Assembly (NCBI RefSeq): GCF_963921235.1
Contig: NC_086100.1
Coordinates: forward strand, 204,602,001 to 204,666,000
Source of the DNA: Mobula hypostoma
Taxonomy: Eukaryota
Reading direction: 5' to 3'
DNA: 64,000 nucleotides
Both the position numbers and the translations under genes were made by a program. Position 1 is the first letter of the stretch; every line of letters starts with the position of its first letter. Under the pieces are notes generated by a model. The model did no database searches and was not told the DNA's origin. It saw only the letters and a list, made by a program, of their open reading frames with translations. Shown piece by piece: positions 11,503 to 23,874 of this stretch.

Positions 11503-14301
11503 TTTCTCTGGACATTTTCTGGTTTAATCCTCTTGAACTTTTTTATTGTTTAATTTTGATATTTTTGCGTTAATCCCCTGTTAGGGAATTTCCTTTTCCA
11601 CACAAGACTCGGATCCAGGTATTTGTTAGGAGTATCTTTGTTCGCATGACATGGAGCGCCGTCCCTCCGGAGAGCAACGACTCCGCGTACAATCGGTACA
11701 CGCTCCGTGTTTACCGTTGATTATAACGGGTTCAGTTTATTCAACATTTCCATCCTTGGTATTGTTCCAAGGACTTCCAGGCGCAGATCCATGGTCTCGC
11801 AAGACTAATGGATGCCTTTAATCTTGGGTTCCCCTGTCATAATTCTGGTATCATGTTTTCCGGAAGAAAAGGCCTTCCGCCACGTAGAAAACATACCTAA
11901 TACCGATTATTGGAAGCCTTCGCCAGCCGGCATGTGCACAAAGTCCGCCTATAGGTTGGAGAAAGGAGGCTCTGCCAGGGGAAGACGGCCCAACTTTGCG
12001 GGTGATTTCCCTTTATTATATGTTTGTCAAATCTCATACCCTTGTACAGTGTGCTTGCCCGCTAGCACCCACTGTTGTAATACCTGGTTTATAATACCTC
12101 CTTTCTCTCCGTACCCGCTCCCGTGACTTACGCGAACAAGAGCGGGTAGGACACTCTGTATGCAAACCAGCCGCCAGCAGGGCGGCGCCACACTGTTTCA
12201 GAGCCAGGAGCACATTTAGCTTTTCCCGCACTGGGGCAGAACTTCGGACCACTGCTAAGTCCGGTGGGGAGCGCCCGGTGGTCGATGTAATTTTACACAT
12301 AGCTTGGACAGGACTCTGCAGTTGCACGTTTCCCGCAGCAGCCTGCTTGCCTGCTTTATCTGCTGCCTCGTTGCCTGCGACGTGGGATCCGAGGCACCAG
12401 TGTGTGCGTTACAATTCATTATTGCTAATCGATTTGGCACCTGCACTGCCTGTAGCAGATTAGCCATCAAACTGGCGTGTTGTATATGCTTCCCAGATGA
12501 AGTAATAAATCCGCTATTTTCAGATGGTCCCAAAATCGTGTACCACCCTAAAGGCGAAACCAGCGTCAGTATCGAACTTCCCGGCGGACAAAATGCAGGT
12601 TTCAGTTATAGCGAATCACTCAGCTGCCTGTGCGGATGTGCCTAGGTGATCGGCGGCTACCGCCGGTGTCTCGTAGGGTGTGACAATCGCACAGCCTGCC
12701 GGGATCGTATGATCACTGAGTTTGCAGGAGTCGTCTGTAAAAAAAAAGATTGGTATTATCTGTGAGTGGGAGTGATGGGGGCAGTTGAGAGGCGGGGGTT
12801 TGGTAGCCAGCAGATCGGCCCTAGGCGAGGTGACCAGCTCGACTGCTTTCCTGTGCCTGAAATCCTGTACAACCCCAAAGGCGTGACGAGAGTCAGTGCA
12901 GATCTTCCCGGCGGATGGAACACAGGCCTGGATTAAGGCAAATAACTCAACTGCCTGAGCGGATATACGTAGGTTTTCGACGGCTACCTTCAATGTCTCG
13001 TAGGATGTGACAATCGCACAGCCTGCCAGGATCGTATTGATCATTGAAATTGCAGGAGGAGCCTTCCGTAAAGAGAGTAATATCGGGATTATCCAGGGGA
13101 TAGCTAACAGATCGGGTCGGGTCAAGGTGACCACCTCGACTACTTTCTCGCAATAATGAGGTTCGGGAGGACCAGGGAGAGACATCAAGTTGGAAGGATC
13201 TAGAGCAGGTGCTCTCTGAAAACAGAGTTTCCGTTTACTTAGCAACATGAATCGTAGCCCGCTCGAAGAGCCGTGGTAAAGTACTGTGTGGCTTCTGAGT
13301 TGAGTAGCGGCAGCACTGCGTGGGAAGTCAGAAAGGGCGAGTCATGATCCAAGACCAACGGTGTGGCCTGTTCCATCGCAATGGCGGAAGCGGCTACAGC
13401 ACGGAGGCAGCTAGGCATGCCGCGGACCACGGGGTCAGGAGGGTCGAATAGTAGGCTACAGGCTGCCGAAGTCCACCGTGTTTTGGGTCAAGACAGACCC
13501 AGCATAACCCTCTTTTCCACGTACAAAAAGCTGGAAGGATTTCCGATAGTTTAGTAGCCCTGGTGCGCTGGCCTGCGTTAGCACTTCTTTCAGGACAGTG
13601 AAGGCTATTTTGTTTTCCATTTGCTCCGTCCATTGGATGATTCCGGCACACTTCGTTTCAAAACCCCCCGAAGGGTCCCGTCGTAGATCCTGTATTCGGC
13701 GATCCAGTGCCTACAAGAGTTTGTCATGCCTCGAAACGTCAGCATCTGCTTCTTGTTGGGAGACTCAGGAACCCGTGTGACGGCAGAAGTAGGTTCGGCT
13801 CCGGCCTGCAATGTACACCCCAGGTAGGTGACTATTGTTTGGCTGTACTGGAACGTAGACAGAGGGGCTCGATAACCCTCAGCCGCCAGGTGTTTTAAAA
13901 CTGTAATGGACCCCTTTCCACAGGCGGCCAGAGTTTGAGAAGCAAGTAGCTAGTCGTCGGCGTACTGTAACAGAGCGGTATCTTCAGAGAGGGGTATATC
14001 AGCCAGATCGCCTCTAACTGCAGCGGCATACTCAGCCGGGCATTCCGTGTGTGCTTGAGGAAGTCCGGTCGATGTACGTTGTTGACCATTGTCACTGAAG
14101 GCAAGTAGGTACTGGCTGTCTTCATGCAGGGGGATGTGGAAGAGGGAATAGCTGACATTGTTACAGTGTACGAGCGGCTTTCGGAGGGATTCGAGTTCAG
14201 TGTAACACTAGTGTACGGCACATCAGGCCAAATTTGTTGCACGACTTGATCAAGGCCCTCAGGTCCTGTATGAACCACCATTGCTCAGGCCTTCTCAGTT
14301 T

Positions 14302-14821
14302 CGTCGTCCTCGTTAGGTCGCATCTGGAATTTCCAGTTGACAGACGATTTCCGTCCATGCCGTTCTGACATATTGGGAAATCATGTTCATGCAGGTTACA
14401 GCAGTGGTTTGACTTTGCCTTCTGCCGGATGAGTTTAAAGACATCACCACCTCTTCCGGTGGATGACCACGACGTCTAAGTGCCTTGTCCTGCTCCTAGC
14501 GCTCCACAACGCCTGCTGGCCTGCCTTCTTGACCGTCGGGCCATTAATCGGTCTCCTCCGCTCAATGCGCCGGGGCCAGACTTCACAGGCTGGGACAGAC
14601 AGATCCCTTACCTCACCGAGGGTCGAAGACCAGTCGGCTACCCTCACCTGGTTTGGCCCGTCTGCCGAGACGGTTGACCGGCGTGTGGTCGCGGCGCGTC
14701 TTACAGCTACTTGGAGCCATAGGTGAGAGCTGAGCGCCAGGTGGGGACCAAATGTGGGCGAGCTGCTCTGAAAAGGCCCCCCACCAGAGCTGCTACCCCA
14801 CTCTAGATACCCCATATACCT
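14302..14821 (-). mobile_element. 520-bp non-autonomous retroposon (RTE-related SINE-like) inserted in the ERV RT
   Basis: 12-bp TSD CCTTCTCAGTTT at 14290-14301 and 14822-14833; removal restores PILPVSKLRRPEQWWFIQDLR; short (gac)n tail; contains agaaggcaa..caaaccact, reminiscent of RTE/BovB-type UTRs. Confidence 0.85.
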
Positions 14822-15712
14822 CCTTCTCAGTTTAGAGACTGGTAAAATAGGTGTGTTACAAGAGCTCTGAGTGGGCCGAATGACCCCTTGTTGTGGCAGG
14901 GTCTCGATCGCTGGCCTGATGCCCTCAAGGCGTCCGGCGACAGGGACCACTGTCGGGCGGGTAGGCGCCTAGTCTACTTCAATCACACGGTGGGGTGGGG
15001 GGGGGTGTACTATCTTGACAAGGCCTGCGTGATATTAATGTTGAGCCCATAATTGAGGGTTCACTTGCTGAATGTCGGCAGTTCCTGACGCGTGGGATTG
15101 GGGAGGGGACGGGAGATGATGACGAGAACATGTCCCTTCTGCCCGCTTGGGGGTAATCATAATGATGCCGGCTTTGGGGTTCAGGAATTATAGCCCGGGA
15201 TTCCTTCAATGGGGCAGGTTGACTAGTAATCTCTTCAATTGCTTTGTCGTCTTGTGTTTTGAAATGTTCGTCTCTGTGACCTTATTCATGGGCTCGATCG
15301 GGCGTCGTTCATGGGGGCCTCCCTTGTACTTTTCCCATCAGGTTGGCTTGACCGAGACTTACTGGCCCGGTTTCCTACTTTAACATTTTCTACTTTTATT
15401 TATTCTTGTTATTAGTATTCTACTTTCTATTTACTGTGCTATCCACGCTTCCTAAACAACTGGTTACCATACACGAAATCCTAGATCCTCTTAAATTCCA
15501 GAAAATAAAAATATTTTGTCCATCAGCTCAGATTTTCCTCTCCCAGTTTCCTTTTTGTTCTTACCAGAACTCAGGAACTGGGCACCGGCCGGTCGGGGAC
15601 GGCCTTACGCACAACTTATCCTGGTCCTGGTCTTGATTCCCGTCTTTCAGGGAAGTCTCACAGGGAGAGATGAGATTCCTTTCCGAGGGATAGGATATAG
15701 GGAAATATAGGG

Positions 15713-15730
15713 ATCCCATCCTTGCCGCTA
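15713..15730 (-). promoter_or_regulatory. ERV primer-binding site, tRNA-Ser(GCU)-like
   Basis: TAGCGGCAAGGATGGGAT lies 3 nt after the LTR end; 15/18 match to TGGCGACGAGGATGGGAT, the complement of the vertebrate tRNA-Ser(GCU) 3' end as recalled. Confidence 0.6.
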
Positions 15731-15797
15731 GATTTTTAGGGAATTTCCTTTTCCACAGCAGACTCGGAGCCAGGTATTCGTCAGGAGACTCTTTATT

Positions 15798-18700
15798 TAC
15801 ATAGAAACATAGAAACATAGAAAATAGGTGCAGGAGTAGGCCATTCGGCCCTTCGAGCCTGCACCGCCATTTATTTGATCATAGAAACATAGAAACATAG
15901 AAACATAGAAAATAGGTGCAGGAGTAGGCCATTCGGCCCTTCGAGCCTGCACCGCCATTTATTATGATCATGGCTGATCATCCAACTCAGAACCCAGCCT
16001 TCCCTCCATACCCCCTGACCCCTGTAGCCACAAGGGCCATATCTAACTCCCTCTTAAACACAGCCAATGAACTGGCCTCAACAGTTTGCTGTAGCAGAGA
16101 ATTCCACAGATTCATCACTCTCTGTGTGAAGAAGTTTTTCCTAATCTCGGTCCTAAAAGGCTTCCCCTCTATGCTCAAACTGTGACCCCTCGTTCTGGAC
16201 CTCCCCAACATCGGGAACAATCTTCCCGCATCTAGCCTGTCCAATCCCTTTGGGATCTTATACGTTTCAATCAGATCCCCCCTCAATCTTCTAAATTCCA
16301 ACGAGTACAAGCCCAGTTCATCCAGTCTTTCTTCATATGAAAGACCTGCCGTCCCAGGAATCAATCTGGTGAACCTTCTTTGTACTCCCTCTATGGCAAA
16401 GATGTCTTTCCTAAGATTAGGGGACCAAAACTGCACACAATACTCCGGGTGTGGTCTCACCAAGGCCTTGTACAACTGCAGTAGTACCTCCATGCTCCTG
16501 TACTCGAATCCTCTCGCTATAAATGCCAGCATACCGTTCGCCTTTTTCACTGCCTGCTGTACCTGCATGCCCACTTTCAATGACTGGTGTATAATGACAC
16601 CCAGGTCCCGTTGCACCTCCCCCTTTCCCAATCGGCCACCATTCAGATAATAATCTGTTTTCCTATTTTTGCCACCAAAGTGGATAACTTCACATTTATC
16701 CACATTAAATTGCATCTGCCATGAGTTTGCCCACTCACCCAACCTATCCAAGTCACCCTGCATCCTCTTAGCATCCTCCTCACAGCTAACACTGCCACCC
16801 AGCTTCGTGTCATCCGCAAACTTGGAGATGCTGCATTTAATTCCCTCATCCAAGTCATTAATATATATTGTAAACAACTGGGGTCCCAGCACTGAGCCTT
16901 GCGGTACCCCACTAGTCACCGCCTGCCATTCTGAAAAGGTCCCGTTTATTCCCACTCTTTGCTTCCTGTCTGCTAACCAATTCTCCACTCACACCAATAC
17001 CTTACCCCCAATACCGTGTGCTTTAAGTTTGCACACTAATCTCCTGTGTGGGACCTTGTCAAAAGCCTTTTGAAAATCCAAATATACCACATCCACTGGT
17101 TCTCCCCTATCCACTCTACTAGTTACATCCTCAAAAAATTCTATCAGATTCGTCAGACATGATTTTCCTTTCACAAATCCATGCTGACTTTGTCCGATCA
17201 TTTCACCGCTTTCCAAATGTGCTGTTATCACATCCTTGATAACTGACTCCAGCAGTTTCCCCACCACCGACGTTAGGCTAACCGGCCTATAATTCCCCGG
17301 TTTCTCTCTCCCTCCTTTTTTAAAAAGTGGGGTTACATTAGCCACCCTCCAATCCTCAGGAACTAGTCCAGAATCTAACGAGTTTTGAAAAATCATCACT
17401 AATGCATCCACTATTTCTTGGGCTACCTCCTTAAGCACTCTAGGATGCAGACCATCTGGCCCTGGGGATTTATCTGCCTTCAATCCCTTCAATTTACCTA
17501 ACACCACTTCCCTACTAACATGTATTTCACTCAGTTCCTCCATCTCACTGGACCCTCTGTCCCTTACTATTTCTGGAAGATTATTTATGTCCTCCTTAGT
17601 GAAGACAGAACCAAAGTAATTATTCAATTGGTCTGCCATGTCCTTGCTCCCCATAATCAATTCACCTGTTTCTGTCTGTAGGGGACCTACATTTGTCTTT
17701 ATCAGTCTTTTCCTTTTTACATATCTATAAAAGCTTTTACAGTCCGTTTTTATGTTCTCTGCCAGTTTTCTCTCATAATCTTTTTTCCCCTTCCTAATTA
17801 AGCCCTTTGTCCTCCTCTGCTGAACTCTGAATTTCTCCCAGTCCTCAGGTGAGCCACTTTCTCTGGCTAATTTGTATGCTACTTCTTTGGAATTGATACT
17901 ATCCCTAATTTCTCTTGTCAGCCACGGGTGCACTACCTTCCTTGATTTATTCTTTTGCCAAACTGGGATGAACAATTGTTGTAGTTCATCCATGCAACCT
18001 TTAAATGCTTGCCATTGCATATCCACCGTCAATCCTTTAAGTGTCATTTGCCAGTCTATCTTAGCTAATTCACGTCTCATACCTTCAAAGTTACCCCTCT
18101 TTAAGTTCAGAACCTTTGTTTCTGAATTAACTATGTCACTCTCCATGTTAATGAAGAATTCCACCATATTATGGTCACTCTTACCCAAGGGGCCTCTCAC
18201 GACAAGATCGCTAATTAACCCTTCCTCATTGCTCAAAACCCAGTCCAGAATAGCCTGCTCTCTAGTTGGTTCCTCGACATGTTGGTTCAAAAAACCATCC
18301 CGCATACATTCCAAGAAATCCTCTTCCTCAGCACCTTTACCAATTTGGTTCACCCAGTCTACATGTAGATTGAAGTCACCCATTATAACTGCTGTTTTAT
18401 TGCACACATTTCTAATTTCCTGTTTAATACCATCTCCGACCTCACTACTACTGTTAGGTGGCCTGTACACAACTCCCACCAGCGTCTTCTGCCCCTTAGT
18501 GTTACGCAGCTCTACCCATATCGATTCCACATCTTCCCGGCTTATGTCCTTCCTTTCTATTGCGTTAATCTCTTTTTTAACCAGCAACGCCACCCCACCT
18601 CCCCTTCCTTCATGTCTATCCCTCCTGAATATTGAATATCCCTGAAAGTTGAGCTCCCATCCCTGGTCACCCTGGAGCCATGTCTCTGTGATCCCAACTA

Positions 18701-18821
18701 TATCATAATCATTAATAACAATCTGCACTTTCAATTCATCCACCTTATTACGAATGATCCTTGCATTGACACATAAAGCCTTCAGGCGCTCTTTTACAAC
18801 TCTCTTAGCCCTTGTACAATT
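15798..18821 (-). mobile_element. Young CR1 LINE with near-complete ORF2 (APE endonuclease + RT), one nonsense codon, duplicated 3' end
   Basis: ORFs 16989..18833 (ITETWL, MGDFN, SDHN, DFQKAFDKVPH) and 15987..16988 are in the same frame, split by TGA where the sister copy has TGG; (catagaaa)n tail. Confidence 0.96.
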
Positions 18822-20936
18822 ATTTATGATCATGGCTGATCATCCAACTCAGAACCCCGCCCCAGCCTTCCCTCCATACCCCCTGACCCCCGTAGCCACA
18901 AGGGCCATATCTAACTCCCTCTTAAATATAGCCAATGAACTGGCCTCAACTGTTTCCTGTGGCAGAGAATTCCACAGATTCACCACTCTCTGTGTGAAGA
19001 AGTTTTTCCTAATCTCAGTCCAAAAGGGCTTCCGCTCTATCCTCAAACTGTGGCCCCTCGTTCTGGACTTCCCCAACATCGGGAACAATCTTCCTGCATC
19101 TAGCCTGTCCAATCCCTTTAGGATCTTATACGTTTCAATCAGATCCCCCCTCAATCTTCTAAATTCCAACGAGTACAAGCCCAGTTCATCCAGTCTTTCT
19201 TCATATGAAAGTCCTGCCATCCCAGGAATCAATCTGGTGAACCTTCTTTGTACTCCCTCTAAGGCAAGGATGTCTTTCCTCAGATTAGGGGACCAAAACT
19301 GCATACAATACTCCAGGTGTGGTCTCATCAAGGCCTTGTACAACTGCAGTAGTACCTCCCTGCTCCTGTACTGGAATCCTCTCGCTATAAATGCCAGCAT
19401 ACCATTCGCCTTTTTCACCGCCTGCTGTACCTGCATGCCCACTTTCAATGACTGGTGTATAATGACACCCAGGTCTCGTTGCACCTCCCCTTTTCCTAAT
19501 CGGCCACCATTCAGATAATAATCTGTTTTCCTATTTTTGCCACCAAAGTGGATAATTTCACATTTATCCACATTAAATTGCATCTGCCATGAATTTGCCC
19601 ACTCACCCAACCTATCCAAGTCACCCTGCATCCTCTTAGCATCCTCCTCACAGCTAACACTGCCACCCAACTTCGTGTCATCCGCAAACTTGGAGATGCT
19701 GCATTTAATTCCCTCATCCAAGTCATTAATATATATTGTAAACAACTGGGGTCCCAGCACTGAGCCTTGCGGTACCCCACTAGTCACCGCCTGCCATTCT
19801 GAAAAGGTCCCGTTTATTCCCACTCTTTGCTTCCTGTCTGCTAACCAATTCTCCACCCACACCAATACCTTACCCCCAATACCGTGTGCTTTAAGTTTGC
19901 ACACTAATCTCCTGTGTGGGACCTTGTCAAAAGCCTTTTGAAAATCCAAATATACCACATCCACTGGTTCTTCCCTATCCACTCTACTGGTTACATCCTC
20001 AAAAAATTCTATGAGATTCGTCAGACATGATTTTCCTTTCACAAATCCATGCTGACTTTGTCTGATCATTTCACCGCTTTCCAAATGTGCTGTTATCACA
20101 TCCTTGATAACTGACTCCAGCAGTTTCCCCACCACCGACGTTAGGTTAACCGGTCTATAATTCCCCGGTTTCTCTCTCCCTCCTTTTTTAAAAAGTGGAG
20201 TTACATTAGCCACCCTCCAATCCTCAGGAACTAGTCCAGAATCTAACGAGTTTTGAAAAATTATCACTAATGCATCCACTATTTCTTGGGCTACTTCCTT
20301 AAGCACTCTAGGATGCAGACCATCTGGCCCTGGGGATTTATCTGCCTTCAATCCCTTCAATTTACCTAACACCACTTCCCTACTAACATGTATTTCACTC
20401 AGTTCCTCCATCTCACTGGACCCTCTGTCCCCTACTATTTCTGGAAGATTATTTATGTCCTCCTTAGTGAAGACAGAACCAAAGTAATTATTCAATTGGT
20501 CTGCCATGTCCTTGCTCCCCATAATCAATTCACCTGTTTCTGTTTGCAGGGGACCTACATTTGTCTTTACCAGTCTTTTCCTTTTTACATATCTATAAAA
20601 GCTTTTACAGTCCGTTTTTATGTTCCCTGCCAGTTTTCTCTCATAATCTTTTTTCCTCTTCCTAATTAAGCCCTTTGTCCTCCTCTGCTGAACTCTGAAT
20701 TTCTTCCAGTCCTCAGGTGAGCCACTTTCTCTGGCTAATTTGTATGCTTCTTCTTTGGAATTGATACTATCCCTAATTTCTCTTGTCAGCCACGGGTGCA
20801 CTACCTTCCTTGATTTATTCTTTTGCCAAACTGGGATAAACAATTGTTGTAGTTCATCCATGCAACCTTTAAATGCTTGCCATTGCATATCTACCGTTAA
20901 TCCTTTAAGTGTCATTTGCCAGTCTATCTTAGCTAA
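18822..20936 (-). mobile_element. Young 5'-truncated CR1 LINE with uninterrupted RT ORF, fused head-to-tail to the previous copy
   Basis: ORF 18849..20969 (706 aa) is nearly identical to the neighbouring copy; only the first ~25 nt of the 3' UTR are retained. Confidence 0.96.
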
Positions 20937-21244
20937 CGTGACACGTTGAGCCGATCCTCGGGAGAGCAACGACTCCGCTTATAATCTTTATTGTTGATTG
21001 GAAGGGGATGGTTTGTTCAACATTTCCATATTTGGTATTGCTCTGAGCAAGCTGGAGGGAAAACACAGGTCACGTGGCCTCGTGCTGTATAGCTACAGGC
21101 CAGAGGGAAGTGTGATGTATTCTTTTGTCTACAGCAGTCCGCCGGAGGTCGACTTCAGGATTTTTTGCTGATCCAGGCATTAGGCGATACAAACGCAAGA
21201 TGCTATATCACAAATAGTGCCGAGTGAGGCCCCAATGCTCCTCT

Positions 21245-22480
21245 CCGCGGATTTTACTGTCTCCTGTGGTTTCTGTACCATAGAAAGATGGAGCCGGACA
21301 TGACAGTACTCATGGTGTTCCGTAGACGCTGCTCTGCCTTCTTCACTAGTGAGGAGGTGTTGTGGGTGGAGGTTAGATCGTTACTTATGTGCACACCAAG
21401 GAACCTCATGCCCCCGACTCTCTCCAAAGCAGAGCCATTGATGAGCAGTGGAGACTGGTCGATGTGTGCCTTCTTGGTCCGCCATCATCGTTTATCTATG
21501 TCTCATCCACTCTGACGCTCATGCTGTTGTTCTCCTACCATTTAACAAGCTCTTCTACCTCTTCTCCGTATGCTGGCTCACCATTGTTGCTAATGATACC
21601 AGCCACTGTAATACCATCAGCTAACCTGATGATGTTGTTCGAGTTGAATCTGGCCATGCAGACGTCAGACAGCAGTTTGGGGAGCGGCGGACTGAGTACA
21701 CAACCTGGGGGTGAGGGTGATCAGCGCTGAGCGTAATGCAGCTTGTGACGTTTTGCCAACAAGAACTGACCGAGTCTTCCCGTCAAGAAGTCCAACAACT
21801 AGTTACGGAGAGGAGTGTTGTGTCACAACGAGAGTATTTTACCCACCAGCCTCTGAGTTATGACCATGTTAACGCCCAGCTGAGGTCTGTGAGCAATATC
21901 CTGACGTGAGAACCATCGTCTTCTCGGTGGGACAAGTCTGATAGAAGAACAGGGCCATGACATCATCAGCGGAACCGTTTGAGAGGTAGAAGAACTGGAA
22001 ATGACCCAATGTAACCAGAAGGTGATATTTTATTCGACCCAGTGCCAACCTCTCAACGCACAGCAAGACTGTTGAAGATAGTGACACTGTGTGCTATCAT
22101 TTAGCCCAGTTCTCGTTGTTCTCCTGGGCACCGAAATCATGGCGGCTGCCTTGAAGCTTGAAGAGACATTAGACTCTTTCAGAGAGATTTTAAATTTGCC
22201 CGTTCAAACTTCTCTTACCGGGGCCATGTGGTCCTTTGGCAGCTGACTGGTAAGCTGTCTGGCTCTGCGGGTTTGTCTGGGTTGTCCCTGGGTAGTGTCC
22301 TCCTCACTTCGGCTCTGGTCAGACAGGGTGTCTGTTCCTGTGGAAGAGAGGAGGCTTTTCTTCAATGACACGTCATTCCATTGGTCTATTCGTGCACACA
22401 AAACATTCAGCCTGTCAGAAATGGAGGCGTTGCAGTTATTGAGGATTAGGGTCCACTTGTAATCCGTTTGGTATTTGTAC
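21245..22480 (-). mobile_element. Decayed Rex1/Babar-like LINE RT region
   Basis: Fragmentary minus-strand motifs ADGITVAGIISNNGEPAYGEEVEEL, GSALERVG..RFLGVHISNDLT, KKAEQRL. Confidence 0.7.
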
Positions 22481-22899
22481 CTTGCCATATCCTCCGCGTG
22501 TCCCTGCTGTTACAAAGGTGTCTGTGCATTTTCTGCGCGACCTGCCGCATCTCCTCCCTGATGGCACGCTATCCGCTCTCTTGCTTTCTGCAGGTTTGTT
22601 CCGTGGGATCATGAATGGTTCAGGACAGGCAGATTGGAGGAGAATAGAGAAGCAAATCATACTGCGAATTTACGTGAGCAGAGGAGACAGGAACAACTAG
22701 ATTAGTTGTTGGAAATATCGAAGGGTTGCAGGAATTTGAAAATCACGGACTTACTGCTGATTCTGAAACTAGACACCGGTCGGATTTAAGCATTGCTTGC
22801 CTGGTATTGCAGTCTCAGTGATAGACTCCCACTGGCTCTTTACTCTGCCTGGCAGCAACGAAACACCCCCACACAAACAGCAAACACACCTCAGGTTGC

Positions 22900-23040
22900 T
22901 GTTACCGATGGAATTCGGGGTTTAACACCATCATTCGCTCAGTACTAATCAACAAGCTTCAGACTTGGACTCTGCACCTCATTCTGCAACTGGATCCGCA
23001 GTTTCCTTAGCAGGAGTTCAGAGTAAATGCAGATCAGTAG
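22900..23040 (+). mobile_element. Short Rex1/Babar RT fragment
   Basis: Reads FNTII..LINKL..LCNWI.SFL. Confidence 0.55.
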
Positions 23041-23064
23041 AGACTACTTCCTCGCTGAGAGTTC

Positions 23065-23874
23065 TGATGAACCCTTGGGTTGATCTTTCTGTGTACTGTC
23101 ATTTTTAAGAGTGTGTGCCTGAGTGACGTCAGCCGCCGGCTTTCTTGGCTCCTGTTTGATTCTTACCGAGAGAGAGAGAGAGATAGGGAGAGGGGAGCTG
23201 TGGGACTCTGCAGCTTGTTTTGATTTAAGCAGGGACACACTCACACACAGTCAGTCGCAGTTGGAGCCGGACAATGGAGGGAAGCCAGTGACAAAGGGTC
23301 ATTGGTTAGAACTTTCGAGTGCCCACAAGAGTGGGTTAAGTATCGATCCAGCACATCGATAAGTGGCTATAAGTGATTGGGGCAACGTTGTGGAATCTAC
23401 CTATGTGTTAACCCTTGCATGGGTGGTAGTTCCCTTTGAAGACGGTACCCCTGTGATAAGCTGCTATTGGTGACGATTCGTAAGTGGATTTGGAACAACG
23501 ACAGGTAAAACCTACGGCGATTGTAATCTTGTTTTACTTCCGTGGAACCTGCGGAATACGACATAAAGGCCTTCTCTCGACATTCACCTTGGTTTAGAAA
23601 TATCTCTCTCACATCCTTTAACCCGTGAATGAACTGAACATTCATACCTTACCATCTCAAGATTTTAAGTCTGGTGCCCCCCTCCCCCCCCCAGCACAAT
23701 AGTTTGGGAGTTATATGTACTTGTATGTATACTCATAACACTGTTAACGTTTGATTATTCTTGTTTAAGTTGCTATATTAAGTAGATATAAAGACAGTGG
23801 TTTTAACATCAAAACCAGACTTCAGGTGTGGTCTATTGCTTCTGGTTCGTTTAAACCGTTACGGGTCCGTAACA
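23065..23874 (+). mobile_element. Probable solo LTR (Gypsy-type)
   Basis: TG start and ...cgtaaCA end, (GA)n tract; 3' end resembles the LTR end at 36895-36936; no clean TSD. Confidence 0.6.

Larger units (their letters stand above)
11579..21045 (-). mobile_element. Decayed class I (gamma/epsilon-like) endogenous retrovirus, interrupted by a SINE-like insert and CR1 LINEs; no env visible
   Basis: RT motifs SSCNTPILPV, QDLR and LLQYADD (13964-13953); connection domain GMPSCLRAVAA; RNase H SAQAVELFAL..TDSRHAFG; integrase start near 12000-11830; LTR-like repeats at 11579-11770 and 15734-15800 plus 20937-21045. Outer boundary approximate. Confidence 0.85.

Noticed and set aside
15798..15965. Repeat-spacer-like pattern (catagaaa units with a repeated ~60-bp block)
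   Set aside because: Duplicated CR1 3' end with microsatellite tail, not a CRISPR array
17872..19518. Long plus-strand ORFs (257 and 254 aa)
   Set aside because: Antisense shadows of CR1 ORF2, repeated in every copy
22593..22675. Exon-like segment (ctttctgcag|...|gtgag) on the plus strand
   Set aside because: No recognisable product and no partner exons found
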